From the NCBI GenBank assembly GCA_900088475.1, contig FLMG01000284.1, forward strand, positions 1 through 64,000: a stretch of DNA of 64,000 nt, read 5' to 3'. Under the pieces are notes generated by a model that did no database searches, was not told the origin of the DNA, and saw nothing but the letters and a program-made list of their open reading frames with translations. A program made the position numbers and the translations under genes. Positions within the stretch are counted from its first letter, which is position 1, and every line of letters begins with the position of its first letter. Source of the stretch: Hyphochytrium catenoides. Lineage: Eukaryota > Protista > Hyphochytriomycota. Below, piece by piece: positions 1-12,554 of this stretch.

Positions 1-34
<34 letters not shown>

Positions 35-122
35 TTTTCCTTCTCTTTCTCCCTCCCTCTCCCCTCGAACCCATCCGTCCATCTACGGCTTCCAACGTGT
101 CACTTGCTCACTCTCTCTCTAG

Positions 123-3100
123 CCCGGATGGCCGGAAAGCATCCATCTGCTGTCCAGTCTCCTGCGCTGGGCAACCTCATACGACGCGATGATTGAGAGC
201 TGCGGCAGAATCTTAAGAGTAGCTCTAACGCTTTGTAGACCCACTTCTTCTCCTCCAGAAGGGTTCAGAGAAAGGACAGCAACAGAAGAGGAGAGAGGTC
301 TGTGCCTCTCGTTCTATTCCTCTTGTCAGCACTTCGTCTCTCGTTCTCTGTTTCCTTCCTCTTCGCTCTTTAGCATACCTCGCAGGTCTGTCTCTCTGCA
401 CAGACTCACTTTCTCTCTCTCTCAGCACACGTGTTCTCCCTCTCTTCTTTCTTTCTCTTTCTGTCACAAGCAACACTTTCTTCTTCTCTCCCTGTGTATA
501 CATATAATGCCTGTTCTGGACTCGTCGCCCACTTTCTTTTATCTCCTTGGCTGTTTCTTTTATTGCTTGCGCTCTTCAAGCTCTGCTTTATTTGTTCTCT
601 TATGCCTTTCCTCGCTTGCTTGCAGATTCACTGAAGTGGCTCAATCTCTCTCTCTCTCTCTCTCTCTCTCCTCTCACACAATCAATCCATCGACATATCC
701 CTCTCAATTGTCTCTCTCTTTCTCTTCTCTCGTTCTCTCCCTGCATCTCCCTCTTAATGGTTCTCCCAGTTCTCCAGGTCCTCCTCGCTTTATTAAGAGC
801 AAAAGACGCTGATTTCCAAGAGTTCCTCCTTCAAGGAGGAGTCTTCCAGCCCTTTGAAGAGATCTGGCAGACAGAGCTGCGCCATAATACCGCAGAAGAA
901 CAGCGGCGAAGCGAGAGCGAGAGAGAGACCAAGCAAGGATCCCTAAGAGACAAGCCGCGGAGTTCACTGACGACGGGATCCTTTTCTCATTCCTCTTCTT
1001 CCCTAATGTCTCCTTCCTTCTGCGAGGCAGAACGAAAGGGCAAGGAAGCACATCAGGAGCTAAGAAAGCTCTTCTTTGTCATTGCGATGGAAAAGCTCTC
1101 CGCAAACGCAGGGTTTCGGCTGTACATCAGCAGTAGCACCAAGGAAGAGATGATGGATTATGTCTTCAGAGAAGCCGTGGAGCTCTCCGCCCGGCAGGAG
1201 GAGGAGGAAGGAGCAGAAGAAAGTGAAGAGGAGACGGAAGATGACACAGAAAGAGAAGAAGAGAGAGAAGAGAAGACAGAGAGGAGAAGGAAGAGGGAGA
1301 AAGGAGAGCCCAGACGGCAACAATCACCGTCCGAAGAAACGCATCTGGAGCTCCATAAACAGCGGAGAAGAGAGACAGTGACTCACGCTCTCATCTTCTT
1401 CTCGCAGATGCTGCACGACGAGAGGCTCTCTCTCTCTGCCCGTTACCTCTCGCCTGGGCTAATCAGATACTTATCGCGGCTCTGTGTCACCTCCTTCAAT
1501 GTGAAAGACAGAGTAACAGCCGCCGACATTCTCTCCCACGCAGCCGAAGAATGTCTTTCTCTGGGCACTTCTCACGCACTCCTGGAAGCTGCAATGTTTC
1601 TCTTAGAAGGAAAGGAACTCTCTCTCCGGACAGCTGCTCTTCGACTTCTCTCTTCTCTCAGCAAATCCAGGCAAGATGGCGTATACCTTAGATTGGCGCT
1701 CACAGAGTTCCTGGCCACGACTTTACAGCTCACAACAGAAGTACGGGAAGTGGCAAGGAAAGGAGATACGTGGGACGAGGACGAAAGAGAGGAGACAATC
1801 GAGGGAGAGAAAGCAGAGACTGCTATGAGGGTGCTGCTGCCCATTATCCCCGGCCTGAAGGATGAAGTATGGCGCTTCCCCTTAGAAGGCTGGTTTGAGA
1901 GACAACAGGGAGAGAAACGTGTGCTTCTCTCTCTCCGGGAGAGACAAAATCGAATCTTCTGCCGCGTGGCAATACCTCCCAAGGAAGGATCAACAAAGGG
2001 AGCGCGGCCAAAAAAGAGGACGAGACGTGAGCGTGAACCAAATCAGCAGCAGCATAGAGAAAAGCCAGGGCAAATCGAGGAAGGGGAGCGCTATCACACC
2101 CTAGAAATAGAGAAGACGGAGGATGTCCTCGAGGTGCTGGAGAGAAGAAACCTACGTCTCCTCGTTCAGAAAGAGACAGAGGAGAGTCACGACCAGAAGA
2201 AAGGCGGCAGGAGAGGAGCGTTTTTCCTTTCTCTCCTTCGGGCAGCCACCACCTCATCTCCCTCCGACTTATCCCCTTCTCCTTCTTCTCCTTCTCCCTC
2301 TCCCGCTCCTCCGACACACAGCGATGGCCCCTCGAGTCCAAAGCGCTCTACTACGCATCTTCTCTCTTTCCTAAGACCACCATCCAGATCAGGACAGTTA
2401 GGAGAGGAGACGATCTCTGGGGCCCCAGAAAAAGTCGAAGTTAGGGCAAAAGTGGACGAGATCCGTCCGAAGTGGTCCGCCAGCCCAGCCAAGAGGGAGA
2501 AAATAGACTCTCAGGCTGAGTCTGGCCATGCTCTGACGGCTAGAGAGACCGAGACTAGGGAGGCGGCTGCCCGGGCACCGGAATTACCGGCCAAACTAGA
2601 GCGTGAAGAGCACGAAGACAGGAAGAGGGAAGACAGAGCAGAAGAGAAAGCCGCAAGGGAGAAGCCTAAGTCGGCGGAGACAGAGTTAAAAAGAGGAGAG
2701 AGCACTGGAGAAGAGAAAGGAGGAGAAGAAAAGGAGGGCACAGAGGAAGCAAAGCCAAGGAAGGAGGTGCCCAGGATGGAAGAAGTAGAAATCAAGCCGA
2801 GAGGAGAGAGCCCTCCTCCTCCGCTCACTGTCATTGATGCTCCTCCCAGCAGATGCTGGTGCTGCTTCTGTCTCTCTTCGCTTTTGAAGAGGCTCCAACT
2901 CTGCTGCCGAAGAAGTAAAGCGGCAGAGGGAGGACCTGTCCTCCTTGTGGCACAAGCAGGACACCAAGGAAGAGAGGGAGGAGGACAGCTGAGCAAAAGC
3001 AAGGCAGAGGAAGCTTCAGGGGAAGAGGAACAGCAGACGAAGGAGGAGAAAGACGAAGTTCGCAGTCCAACTGTNNNNNNNNNNNNNNACGGAAAGGATG

Positions 3101-5298
3101 AAGAAGAGGAAGAGGAACAAAAGAAGAGAGAGGAAGAAAAAGAGAATGAAGGAGAGAGACAGAAGGAAAGACCTGATCAGAAGGAAGCAGATCTTCAGCC
3201 AGAAACAGAGCCGCAAAGAGAAACTGTTATCTCCTCTTCTTCCCCTCTGATCGTCCCTCCCTCCCTCAGCGGCCTCCTCAGCATGGAGACAGTGGCAGAA
3301 GAAAGCGAGAAGAACGAAGAAGAGGAAGAGAAGACTGGGAGCAAACACTCAGGAGAGGCCTTGTTACGAGACAAGAGCAAGAGCATCTTCTCCCTCAGAT
3401 TTGGCAGAAGAAGAGAGAAGGAGAAAGCTGCTCGTCTCTCCTTGGCTGTCCCCCAGGATCCCTCTCTACCTCTCTCTTCAGACAAATCTCCCCAGAAATT
3501 GTCCTCTTCAGTCTCTCTCGCTCAGCCAACGGCCCAGCCTCGTAGAGCTAGGCAGAGTCTTCGCTTATGGATCCCAGGAAGAAAGCAAAGCCTGATCCCA
3601 GATTTCCCGCAGAATGGAGAAGAGAGAGAAAAAGAGAGAAAGAGACTTTCCTCACTGAGAGGTAAGAGAGGAAGCCAGACGCGAAGGAGAGGCTCTCCTA
3701 GAAGAAGCTTTGAGCCGCTCTCTCCTCTCTCCTCTTCCTGTCCGCCACCATCATCATCATCTGACTCTTCGTACGTACATCCTGAAATTCTGCAAGAGAG
3801 ACAAGAAGAAGAAGGAGACGATGCTCTTCATCCTTCTCTTCTTGAAGATTATCTCACCAAGATGACGGAGAAGAGACACAAGGAGAGCGCTTTCTTTCTC
3901 CGTCTAACGGAGACAGAAAGAGAGGATCTCATGGAACAGGATGACCTGGGAATGTATGGAGAATACGGAGAAGGCGTGAACCGACGGAGTGTTCTCTCTC
4001 ATCTAATCTTTCTCTTTTCCTCTCCTCACCCAGAGGCGAGGTTTCTCTCTCTCCTGACAGTGTTCAATCTGCTGACATCAGAGCTAGCAGATCATCTCAT
4101 TCTCTCTTCTCCAGCATCTCCTTCTCCTTCTTCCCCGTCAAGCTCTCGTTCTCCTTCTTTTTCCCAGCGTTCCTCCCCAGGACGGTCACCTTCTCCTCCT
4201 CGACCTCGCCTTCTCTCTTCAACTCTTCGTTCTCTCTCTCCATCTTCTCGTCCTTCCTCTCCTCCTCTTCGCCCGACCACCTCAGTCTCGAACAAGTCTT
4301 CATCCTCTCGAAACTTCCTTTTCTTTCAGCGGCAGGACGCTCCTCCCACTCGTGAGACAGAAAGAAGCAGCGGAAGAGAAGGAGAGGAGACTGGGGCCAG
4401 TCCAAAGAAGAGAGAAGACAGAGAGGCTGCAGAAGAGAGGAATGAAGACGGCCGTCCTTCCACCGCAACCACCACCACTTCATTTGTCTCTGCTACCTCC
4501 CAAGGAAAGAGTGAGAGTAAGGAAGAAGAAGAGCAACGGAAGAGAGAGAGTGGATCGTTTCTCTTCGGAATCGGTGACCCAGGTTAGAGTTGCATGTACT
4601 GATCGTCCTGTGAATGGCTCTTCTCTTTCTCTCTCTCTCTTCCCCGTTCTTACCCCTTTTCTCTCCTCCCTCTCCACTCTTCCTGATCCCTCTTGGGCAG
4701 GAACCGATGTCTATAGGACTGAGAGCAGTCGGGAGAGAAAGCCTCTGGAGCCCTCGTTCCATACTTGTCCCCGCTTTCTCTTTCTCCAAAGAGACGGAAA
4801 GACGTCTTCCTATCGCATCCACAAGCTTCTCGTCAGGGCTGGCGCTGTCCTCCCTCTCGTCCTAGCAGAGCAACAATGTGGTTCTTCTTCTCTCTCCTTC
4901 CCAGTCTCTCTCTCTCATTCTCTCTCTCTTCCAGGTTCATCACCGTCGTCTTCCTCTTCGTCCAGCTACGAGCCCCTTATAGGGCAGCTGGCGGAGGCGA
5001 TCATCAGTATCATTGTTAGCCTTAGCAGGGATTATGAGATCTACTTTGAGGTTGCGCGACGATCTTGTCAGAACAGAGAGAAGAGAAGGCAGAAGATGGT
5101 AGAGGATGAGGCCAAGCAAGCGGCAAGGGAGAGAGAGAGAAGAGAGCTCATGGGACGGTACAACCCTGCCGAGCTCCTTCGGTATAGAAAGTACTTTGAC
5201 ATGGTAAAGAGCTTTGAAAGCTACGGTGCCTCTTCTTTCAAGCTACAGTGCCTCGACTTTCTCTTGCACTCTCAGTCCCTCTCTTTCTCCCTCTCTCT

Positions 5299-5342
<44 letters not shown>

Positions 5343-6138
5343 TTCTTTTTCTCTTCCTCTCACTCTCTCTCGCGGCGCGTTCTTCTTCCGCTTGTCTGCA
5401 TATTTTTCTCTTCCGCTAGGGTCGTTATGTGCCGCCTATGGCTCTGGCTTATCCTCTCCTGACAGTCTGTGACGCGCACCTTCCGCCGACTGATCTCTGT
5501 CTGCTCCAGCTCCTGCGTCTGTGGGCGAATGCTTCCTCAACTCTTTCTCCTTCTTGGTTCTTTTACTCTCTCTTTTTCTTTCTCGATTGAAAATGGTCTC
5601 TTTCCCGTTACCTGATCGGTCTCTTCCGCCCTTTCCGTTCGTGCTACTCTTCGGCCTGTCCTTTCCCTCTCTCTCTCTCTCTCCCCGCCTCGCTCACTTG
5701 CTCTCCCTCTTTCCTTTGCCTTCTCTTCTCATTTGCCTCTCTCTCATAGATCGACCTTGATAAAAGCGGCTCTCTAGATCTGGGAGAGGTCTTGGCTCTT
5801 CTTCGAGGCACTGGTGTCTCAGGAAGTCAAAAGGAGCACGTTGCTCAGGCATTCCAGGAGGTGGACAAGGACGGATCAGGAGCCATCGACTTTGTAGAGT
5901 TCCTGCAGCTTGTGGATCTCATGCGGACGAGGGGACATGCTGGAGGTAGGCACCTTGCAAGTGACGAATACAGAGATAAGATAGGGAGACAGTCCGAGAG
6001 AAAGAGATAGAGAGAGAGAAAGAAAGAGAAAGAAAGAGAGGAAGGAGAAGAGGAGAGCGAGAGAGAGGTAGGGAAAGAGTGAGAGCGAGAAAGAGCGAGA
6101 GCGAGTGAGAGCGAGGGCGAGAGAAAGAAAGATATATA

Positions 6139-6171
<33 letters not shown>

Positions 6172-6177
6172 NNNNNN

Positions 6178-6210
<33 letters not shown>

Positions 6211-7226
6211 GCGACGGAGAGGGGTAGAGGGGTCGGGATAGAGGAGATGACTTAAGAGGAAAGAGAGAGAGAGAATAGGCGTAGAGGAGAGGAGGAGACT
6301 GAGCATTGTATGTCGACTGACTTCTCTCTCTGACCTCTCTCTTATTCTCTCGTACTCCGCCCCCGGCTCCCCGTTAACCTCTCGCTCACCAGAGGGAGGA
6401 GATCTTTTTGCGATCCTCTTCCGCATTCTGGCGAAGTTGGAGGCGATGAAGGAGGGGTATGAGAAGCTCCGAGCCCAGTTCTTCTCTCTCCGTGGAGGCG
6501 CCAGCGCTAAGGTGGAAACGGAACAAGTCACGCGACCCTCCGTGGCTGTCAATGGCTTGGGACTGCCTCCACAGCCAGAGAGGAAGAGGAAGGGAAAGAA
6601 GAGCGGTGCGCCGCGGTACATTCAATCCATCCAGGACGATGACGCAGGCAAGAAGAAGGCACGGAGTCCTGCTGTGCTCGAGCAGAAGACAGATCAAGTA
6701 GGCCTGTGACCCAACAGCTTAGTGATAGATATAAGGGCGGGTCGTGTCTCCAAGGGAAGAGCAGCAGAGCGAGGGCTAAGTGAGCATCTCCTGTGGTAAA
6801 TTATTCGAAGCTCAAGGCTGTCAAGGCACCCAAAGGCTTAGCAGGTAGTCAGTGAGCTCAGAACCGTTCGAAAGAGATATCGCAGCAACAGAGTGGTAAG
6901 AAACAGTGGGGAGTTGCAAACGCAGTGTTGGAGACAGTACTGGATGGGAAGAAAAAGAAAGAGTGTGATCCATAGCGTGAGAAGCAACACCAGATGGTGG
7001 GAAGGGAGAGGGACAAGGATAGGCAGAGAGAAGAAAATAAAGGAAATGAAAGGACGAGAGAGACACAAAGGGAGAGGACAAAGGAGAAGGAAGAGAAGAG
7101 AGAGCTGCCCGGCTTTGAGTTGCGAGAGGCAATGTAGAGAGACGAGGCCTGGACCATGTCATCACAAATGAAGCTCTGGATTACCGAGTGTTAGCTGTGT
7201 CGCAACTGCGCGGCCTCATGTTCTGA
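123..7226 (+). CDS. Large multi-exon protein, 5'-truncated: ARM/HEAT-like helical segments, long low-complexity E/R/K- and S/P-rich regions, and a C-terminal EF-hand pair
   Basis: Exons approx. 123-297, 779-4582, 4700-5203, 5750-5946, 6393-6697, with possible terminal exons to TGA at 7226 (alternative stop 6709). Splicing 5203->5750 gives YRKYFDM/IDLDKSGSLDLGEVLALL, and a second loop AFQEVDKDGSGAIDFVEFLQL; both fit the DxDxSGxI/LD-x-x-E EF-hand pattern. Leu-rich helical motifs such as LRTAALRLLSSLS and PEARFLSLLTVFNLL suggest HEAT/ARM. Confidence 0.7.
5279..5370. repeat. (CT)n microsatellite, intronic
   Basis: Direct reading. Confidence 0.95.
6000..6205. repeat. (AG)n-rich microsatellite, intronic, containing a short N gap
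   Basis: Direct reading; Ns at 6172-6177. Confidence 0.95.
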
Positions 7227-7513
7227 ACAGAATATTTGACAGTTGCGCTCGTATCAACCCTTGTTTCCTCCCTCCCGCTCTCCATCTCTCTCCCGATTTC
7301 TCTACCTTTGATATGCCTTGTGATGAGATGTGAGAGCCCACTCCCACCACACCGCTAGAAAGAGAGAGAGAAGCCATTTGGTGGCAGGAAGAGAAAAGGC
7401 GAAAGACGCCCTCTCACTTCTCTCTTCCTCTTCTCTTCCCTCCGCCTCTCTTTCTCTATAACCTAATACTAAGCTGTCGTCCTGTGAGGACGGAGATACA
7501 TAGGGATTCCTTC

Positions 7514-8352
7514 TTACTCGATCTCGAGCTCCGCGCCCACCTCTTTCAGCTTGGCGGCTATCTCATCAGCCTCTTCCTTCTTGATGGCCTTCTTCAGCAC
7601 TGCTGGCACTCCCTCAACTAGGTCTTTGGCCTCCTTGAGGCCGAGACCTGTGATGGCTCGCACCTCCTTAATCACCTTGATCTTATTCTTGGCATCGAAG
7701 GCCTTCAACTTCACATCAAACTCCTTCTTCTCTGCCTTTGGTTCTTCTGCTGCAGGTGCGGCCGCAGCGCCACCAGGTGCGCCAGGAGCACCACCTGCAG
7801 GCATTCCCATTGGTGCTCCAAAACCCATAGGCATTCCGCCGCCGAAAGGCATGGCTGGGAGACCAAGCTTAGCCTGCAAGACAGAGGACAGGGGAAGTGA
7901 GGCATAGACCAAGTGGACGGCATAGACCGCATAGACCAAGTGGACGGCAGTGGCTGAGGCGAGTCAAGATAACTGTCGTGAACGCCACGGCCGACAAGAG
8001 AAAAAAGAAGAGAAATGAAAGTTAAGAGGGCCTGAGGTTGACCTGCAGCGTGTCGATGAGTGCCGACATTTCAAGCAGGTTCAGGTCTGCAATTTGGTCC
8101 ACTAGCTCCAGGACTTTGGGTGAAGCAGGCTTTCCCGTGGATTTGATGATAGGAGGGTAATCTGGACGTGCTGCCTCAGCCTCTGAAGCCTTCGCGGCTG
8201 TCCATCTGAAGCTTCGCACCTGCTCCCCAGCAAATCTGAAAATGTGGAAGCACGTTTGTCAGTCGCTGCGGAAACATTCACAGTTCCGCGCGCTCTGTAG
8301 CTCACCTTCTGCGACTGACGCGCATTGCCTGCCGACAGACTGTCCCCAACAT
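7514..8352 (-). CDS. MRPL12: Mitochondrial ribosomal protein L7/L12 (3 exons)
   Basis: ATG 8352; Arg-rich presequence [17 protein letters not shown]; N-domain [27 protein letters not shown]; C-domain [39 protein letters not shown]...[12 protein letters not shown]. Confidence 0.95.
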
Positions 8353-9877
8353 CTTGTCTGGGGAAAGAGAGGAACTGTGAGCCCTCTCTGGCTTGAGAGA
8401 CCCTAAACTTACTAACGCTCACTGCACGACTGAACTTACCTTTATGTATCTATTTTAAAGAGTTAGAAGACTGGCGAGGAGAGAAGGAGCAGGAGTAGCC
8501 AAGTCCCACACCAAGCAGACACCCTTCTCTGCGCTGCTTGCACTAAGCTGGAGACGAGAGGACACAGATCTGTAAGCCGATAACCAATTGAAGCTTCTGA
8601 AGCTTGAGTCTCCACTGCCAATGACGGACTTTTCCAGACCAGTTTTGCGCTTTCTCCTGTCCACGAACCTTACACCTACAGCTTCTCCACAGCGAGGTGC
8701 TTTAAATAGTCTATTTCATTCATCTCTCAACAACACATAGCTCTTTAGTAAAGACTGTGCAAACCCCGCTCTAGAAAGATTAAATGAAGGTTTCCCTTTA
8801 AAGGCCCTCATTGTATCTGTGGTACAGTCAGTCATCCCCCTCGACAAGATAGAACCTGGGAGAAATGGAGTTGCCTTGGGAGGCGTGTGGGTTCGGGATA
8901 GGGATGAGGTTATATTGGCACAGATAGAAACATGCTATCCTCATTCAGAATAAGTGGCCGGACCACAAGGCTGTCATCTGTACAGGAGACAGCTGTAAGG
9001 CTGGATCCACTGAGGCGGTAGATGTCAGTGGGGCGCGGCACGGCACGGCGCGGCGGCGTGCAATGACCTTTCGTGTCGTGGCTAGCCATCGCCCTCAGCA
9101 GTACTCCTCTCATATGCAGCAACATGTGCCGATTATGTCTGCAAGGCAGACGCTACGGCAGTGCTACATCCATAAGCTCCCCACAAGGACGATTGTCCGT
9201 ACTTTCAGCCCTAAAGGTTCACCAGGGAATCAGGCACGGCATAAGAGCGATCCACGACAGATGCGGAGGAACAGCTACGTGATTACCCGCTGTGTTCAGT
9301 CTGCTACACTGCGGTAACTCTGTTCAACTTCAAAGGTCTAACGCCATGATGGTGGCACCGTGATAGTCTTTGCTGATAGGGTACGGATTGGCGCTTCACA
9401 GCTCCGCGCGCTCGTTGGTGGAAGAGTTAGCTTACCCCCGAACTAGGAAGTTGCCGCGGTCACAAAGCTCGTCCTCTTGCTTATCACTCAGTAGCACATT
9501 TAGGCCTCTTATAGTAGTAGAGCAAGAATCTCAAGGAAGGCTTTAGGTGCTCCGCCGTAATGGTACAAAATGAGAAGTTATGGTCAGGGAGCAGAACCAT
9601 AGTAGACAGCCCCAAAGGCCTAAATAGTGCACCGTGCTGACCTTGCCTCCTATCCTTTTGGTGACCTTCCGGCGTCGTAGATGAAGTTAAGCGGGATGAA
9701 AGGCCCATCATTGTGCCTTGTTATGCTGTTGCTAAGAGCTCAGTGATACTGATAGGGACAGACGTAAGTGAGGCACCACTGCCTTGCGCGGCTTAGGTGT
9801 TGCTAGATGGTATCTGCGTCATATTGTACACGGAGCTGCATTATCCTTCGGGCATTATTACATTGCCTATAAATCAT

Positions 9878-11312
9878 TCATTCATTATTGCCGGTCTCTT
9901 CTTCTCGCTGGCGAGCCCGTTGCGCTTGCACACGCTGGCCCCCTCGCCGTCGTCGCTTCGACTTCTTCTTGTCATTCTCTACGCCAGGCACTCTCTGCTT
10001 TTGATCGCCCTTCTTGGCTTTCTTTCTTGTGAAAGAGCTTGGTAGAGGGACCGCAATAGTCGCGTCTTCCTCGTCGTCGCTGCCTCTCTTTCTCTTTCCT
10101 ACTCTTATTAGCTCCACATCGAAGTGAAGTGTAGAGCCTGGCGGTATCTTCTCTATCTTTGCACTCTGCATGTAGCCTAACTCAGGGGGAATAACAATCT
10201 TCCTTCTCCCACCTAGACAGACCACAGATAAGTCGCCAACAGACGAGATCGGGAGGTTAATGGCAGCCTTTTCCCGCTACTTGCCTCTACTAGCTTCTTA
10301 CCTTCCTTCATGGACTTTACGGCCTCGTTCAGTCCGACAATGACTTGGCCGCAGTCGACTTTGAATGTTAAGAGTCCCTTACCAAAGGTACTTCCCGGCT
10401 TTCCTAGCGTCGCTCTATATCTAATCGTAATTTGCTCGCCTGGACTGGGTGATGCCCCACTCCCGTGGGCTAGGTCCTCCCAAAAAAGATCACTCATCGC
10501 CTCTGGGTCCAGTCCCGAAGAGTCCATGGGAGGAGGCGGGCTACTTTGGGGCTTCTGTGGCCTTTCTTCCTTTTTCTTGACGTCAGCACGAACTGTTGAT
10601 GTCACTTTGGGCCTCTCTGTCTTCTTCTTCTGCTCTTTGGGGTTGTTAGTTGCACTTGGTGCTTTCGATGTCTTTCCTGCTCTCTTCTCTTCTTTATTCT
10701 TGAGTGGTTGCTGAGAATGTGTGTTCACCGCTTCTTCGGGGGCACTCTTTGCTGACTGTGGCTCTGCTTTTCCTTTAGAGTCCTCTCTATCTGTGGAAGC
10801 TACTGTCATCTCGTCCAGGCTCAGACTCGGGACAGCAGTCGTTATGGAGTTTGGCCCCTTGCCTTGGCGTTTCTTCCGCTTAAGTGCTGCTCGACTTTGA
10901 CCGTTGCCCTTCCCTGGCAGTAGCTCCGTAGCGTCCACTCCCTCCTCTAGTTTATCTCTGTTAGTCACTTCTTCGATGGTCGCTGCATCGGTGAAATGCC
11001 AAGGATGGTCCTTGGCCCAATGGTGATTAGGTCGCCCATATCCGCCTGGAATATGTGGAGAACGTGGTAGACAGATCAGGAACGGAGTAAGGTACAAGGC
11101 AGTGATGGTCTCCAGGTAGCACCACACACAGCAGACGAGGTTATAAATTCGAGGGGGAAGCAGTGCTAGTACTTACCTATGTGCACCCGCATGTCAGCTG
11201 CAAACTTCCCAGTTGGGACCACCTCTGGGGCGGCCTTGCCCTCAGTGAGTCCGAACATGTGCCTTGGATCATTGTTCTTTGACCGACGGTCCTTCTTCTT
11301 GATCTTGACCAT
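9878..11312 (-). CDS. FKBP-type peptidyl-prolyl isomerase domain protein with Lys-rich low-complexity N-terminus (possibly nucleolar)
   Basis: ATG 11312 (MVKIKKKDRRSK). Spliced FKBP domain: EDLAHGSGASPSPGEQITIRYRATL...GQVIVGLNEAVKSMKEG/GRRKIVIPPELGY...IPPGSTLHFDVELIRV. Confidence 0.88.
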
Positions 11313-11680
11313 TGTCACCTCAAGTGCTTCCGCTGGAAGCTTTTGCCTTTGGCTTAGCCAATGTAAGCGCTAGCTGGCTTAAACCATGTAAGAATACCTT
11401 AGTTCAGTAGCGTTACGTCGTGCCCCAGCGTGATATTTGCCAGACTTAGTTCAATCAGAGGAAAGGAGGAAGGAATGGTGATTGAGTGACCTTTGACAAA
11501 GTCTCCGGGGATCTAGAGCTGCTGCCTCAATGTAACACAAGGGCCATCATGCGAAGACTCTTTCTGTCCTTTGTGCCCTTCTAACTCTCTCTTTCTCTCT
11601 CTCTCACACAATCTGTATTCTGTCTCTCTCACATCTCATTGCTCCTCCGCTCGTGCACTCTGCTAACAGCCGTCGCCCTT

Positions 11681-11718
<38 letters not shown>

Positions 11719-11962
11719 GATGGCTCCAGACGTCAGAATCCGCTTCCCTTCCACCTCTCCACTCATTTCACTACCACACTCCTGGGGTAGCTCTGAAAGA
11801 GGGGTTTCTGCGACTCCTGTAGACAGAGGCATTGGCTTTTATGAATAGGGTTCTGACTTCCTTCGTCCCAGTTAATGGGGAGAGAACGGGAAGGAGTCGG
11901 TTAGCGGCTTTAGCTTTCTGGTGGGGTGTGAAAGGTGTGATGGTTCGAGGATTGACAGCTCC

Positions 11963-12173
11963 AGAGAGACAGAGCGAGAGAGAGACAAACAGAGTGAGAG
12001 AGAGAGACAGAGAGAGAGATGGAGAGAAAGAGAGAGGAAGAGAGAGAAAGAGCGACGAGACCGTGGAGCGAGAGAGAGACAGTTGAAAAGAGAGAGAGCA
12101 GACAGATAAAAGAGGGAAGGAAGGAGAGAGAAGCGGGGAACAGAAACACAGAGAGAGAGAGAGAGAGAGAGAG

Positions 12174-12230
<57 letters not shown>

Positions 12231-12245
12231 AGAGAGAAGAGAGGT
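11963..12245. repeat. (AG)n microsatellite tract between the divergent FKBP and ZBBX-like genes
   Basis: Direct reading; a (CT)n tract lies at 11682-11715. Confidence 0.95.
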
Positions 12246-12554
12246 TGAGCCCGAAAAGGCTTTTCTAAGAGACCGCGAGTGGAGATGAAGAGGAGGAAGA
12301 GAAGTAAACAGGGGAGTGAGATGCAAAGAGAGTACGCCAAAGGAAGAAGACACAAGGAAGAAGAGAAGCAAACGCAGAGCAGGCATAGAAAGCTAACTCT
12401 TTCTTAGCTCTACGCCTTCGCTTAGAGAGAGAGCGGTCAAGCTCTCTCTGGCAGCTATCGATCACTCCGTCATCTTCCAATTAAGCGGAGAAAGGCTTAA
12501 GATAAGAGGACAAAGGAAGGAGAAGAGAGAGAGAGACAGAGACCTCAGTGGAAG

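Noticed and set aside
189-812. Many long ORFs rich in SLSLSL or ERERER (e.g. 189-812, 5845-6621, 11771-12386, 16982-17712, 43963-44376, 54200-54784)
   Set aside because: They are translations of (CT)n/(AG)n microsatellites and introns, which lack stop codons; only small parts are real exons.
7551-7907. Antisense ORFs over real genes (e.g. 7551-7907, 10310-10714, 19602-20066, 63483-63953)
   Set aside because: Shadow frames of coding exons on the opposite strand.
8910-9720. Short ORFs and a GC-rich ggcRc run between MRPL12 and FKBP
   Set aside because: No recognisable domain, RNA structure or element termini.
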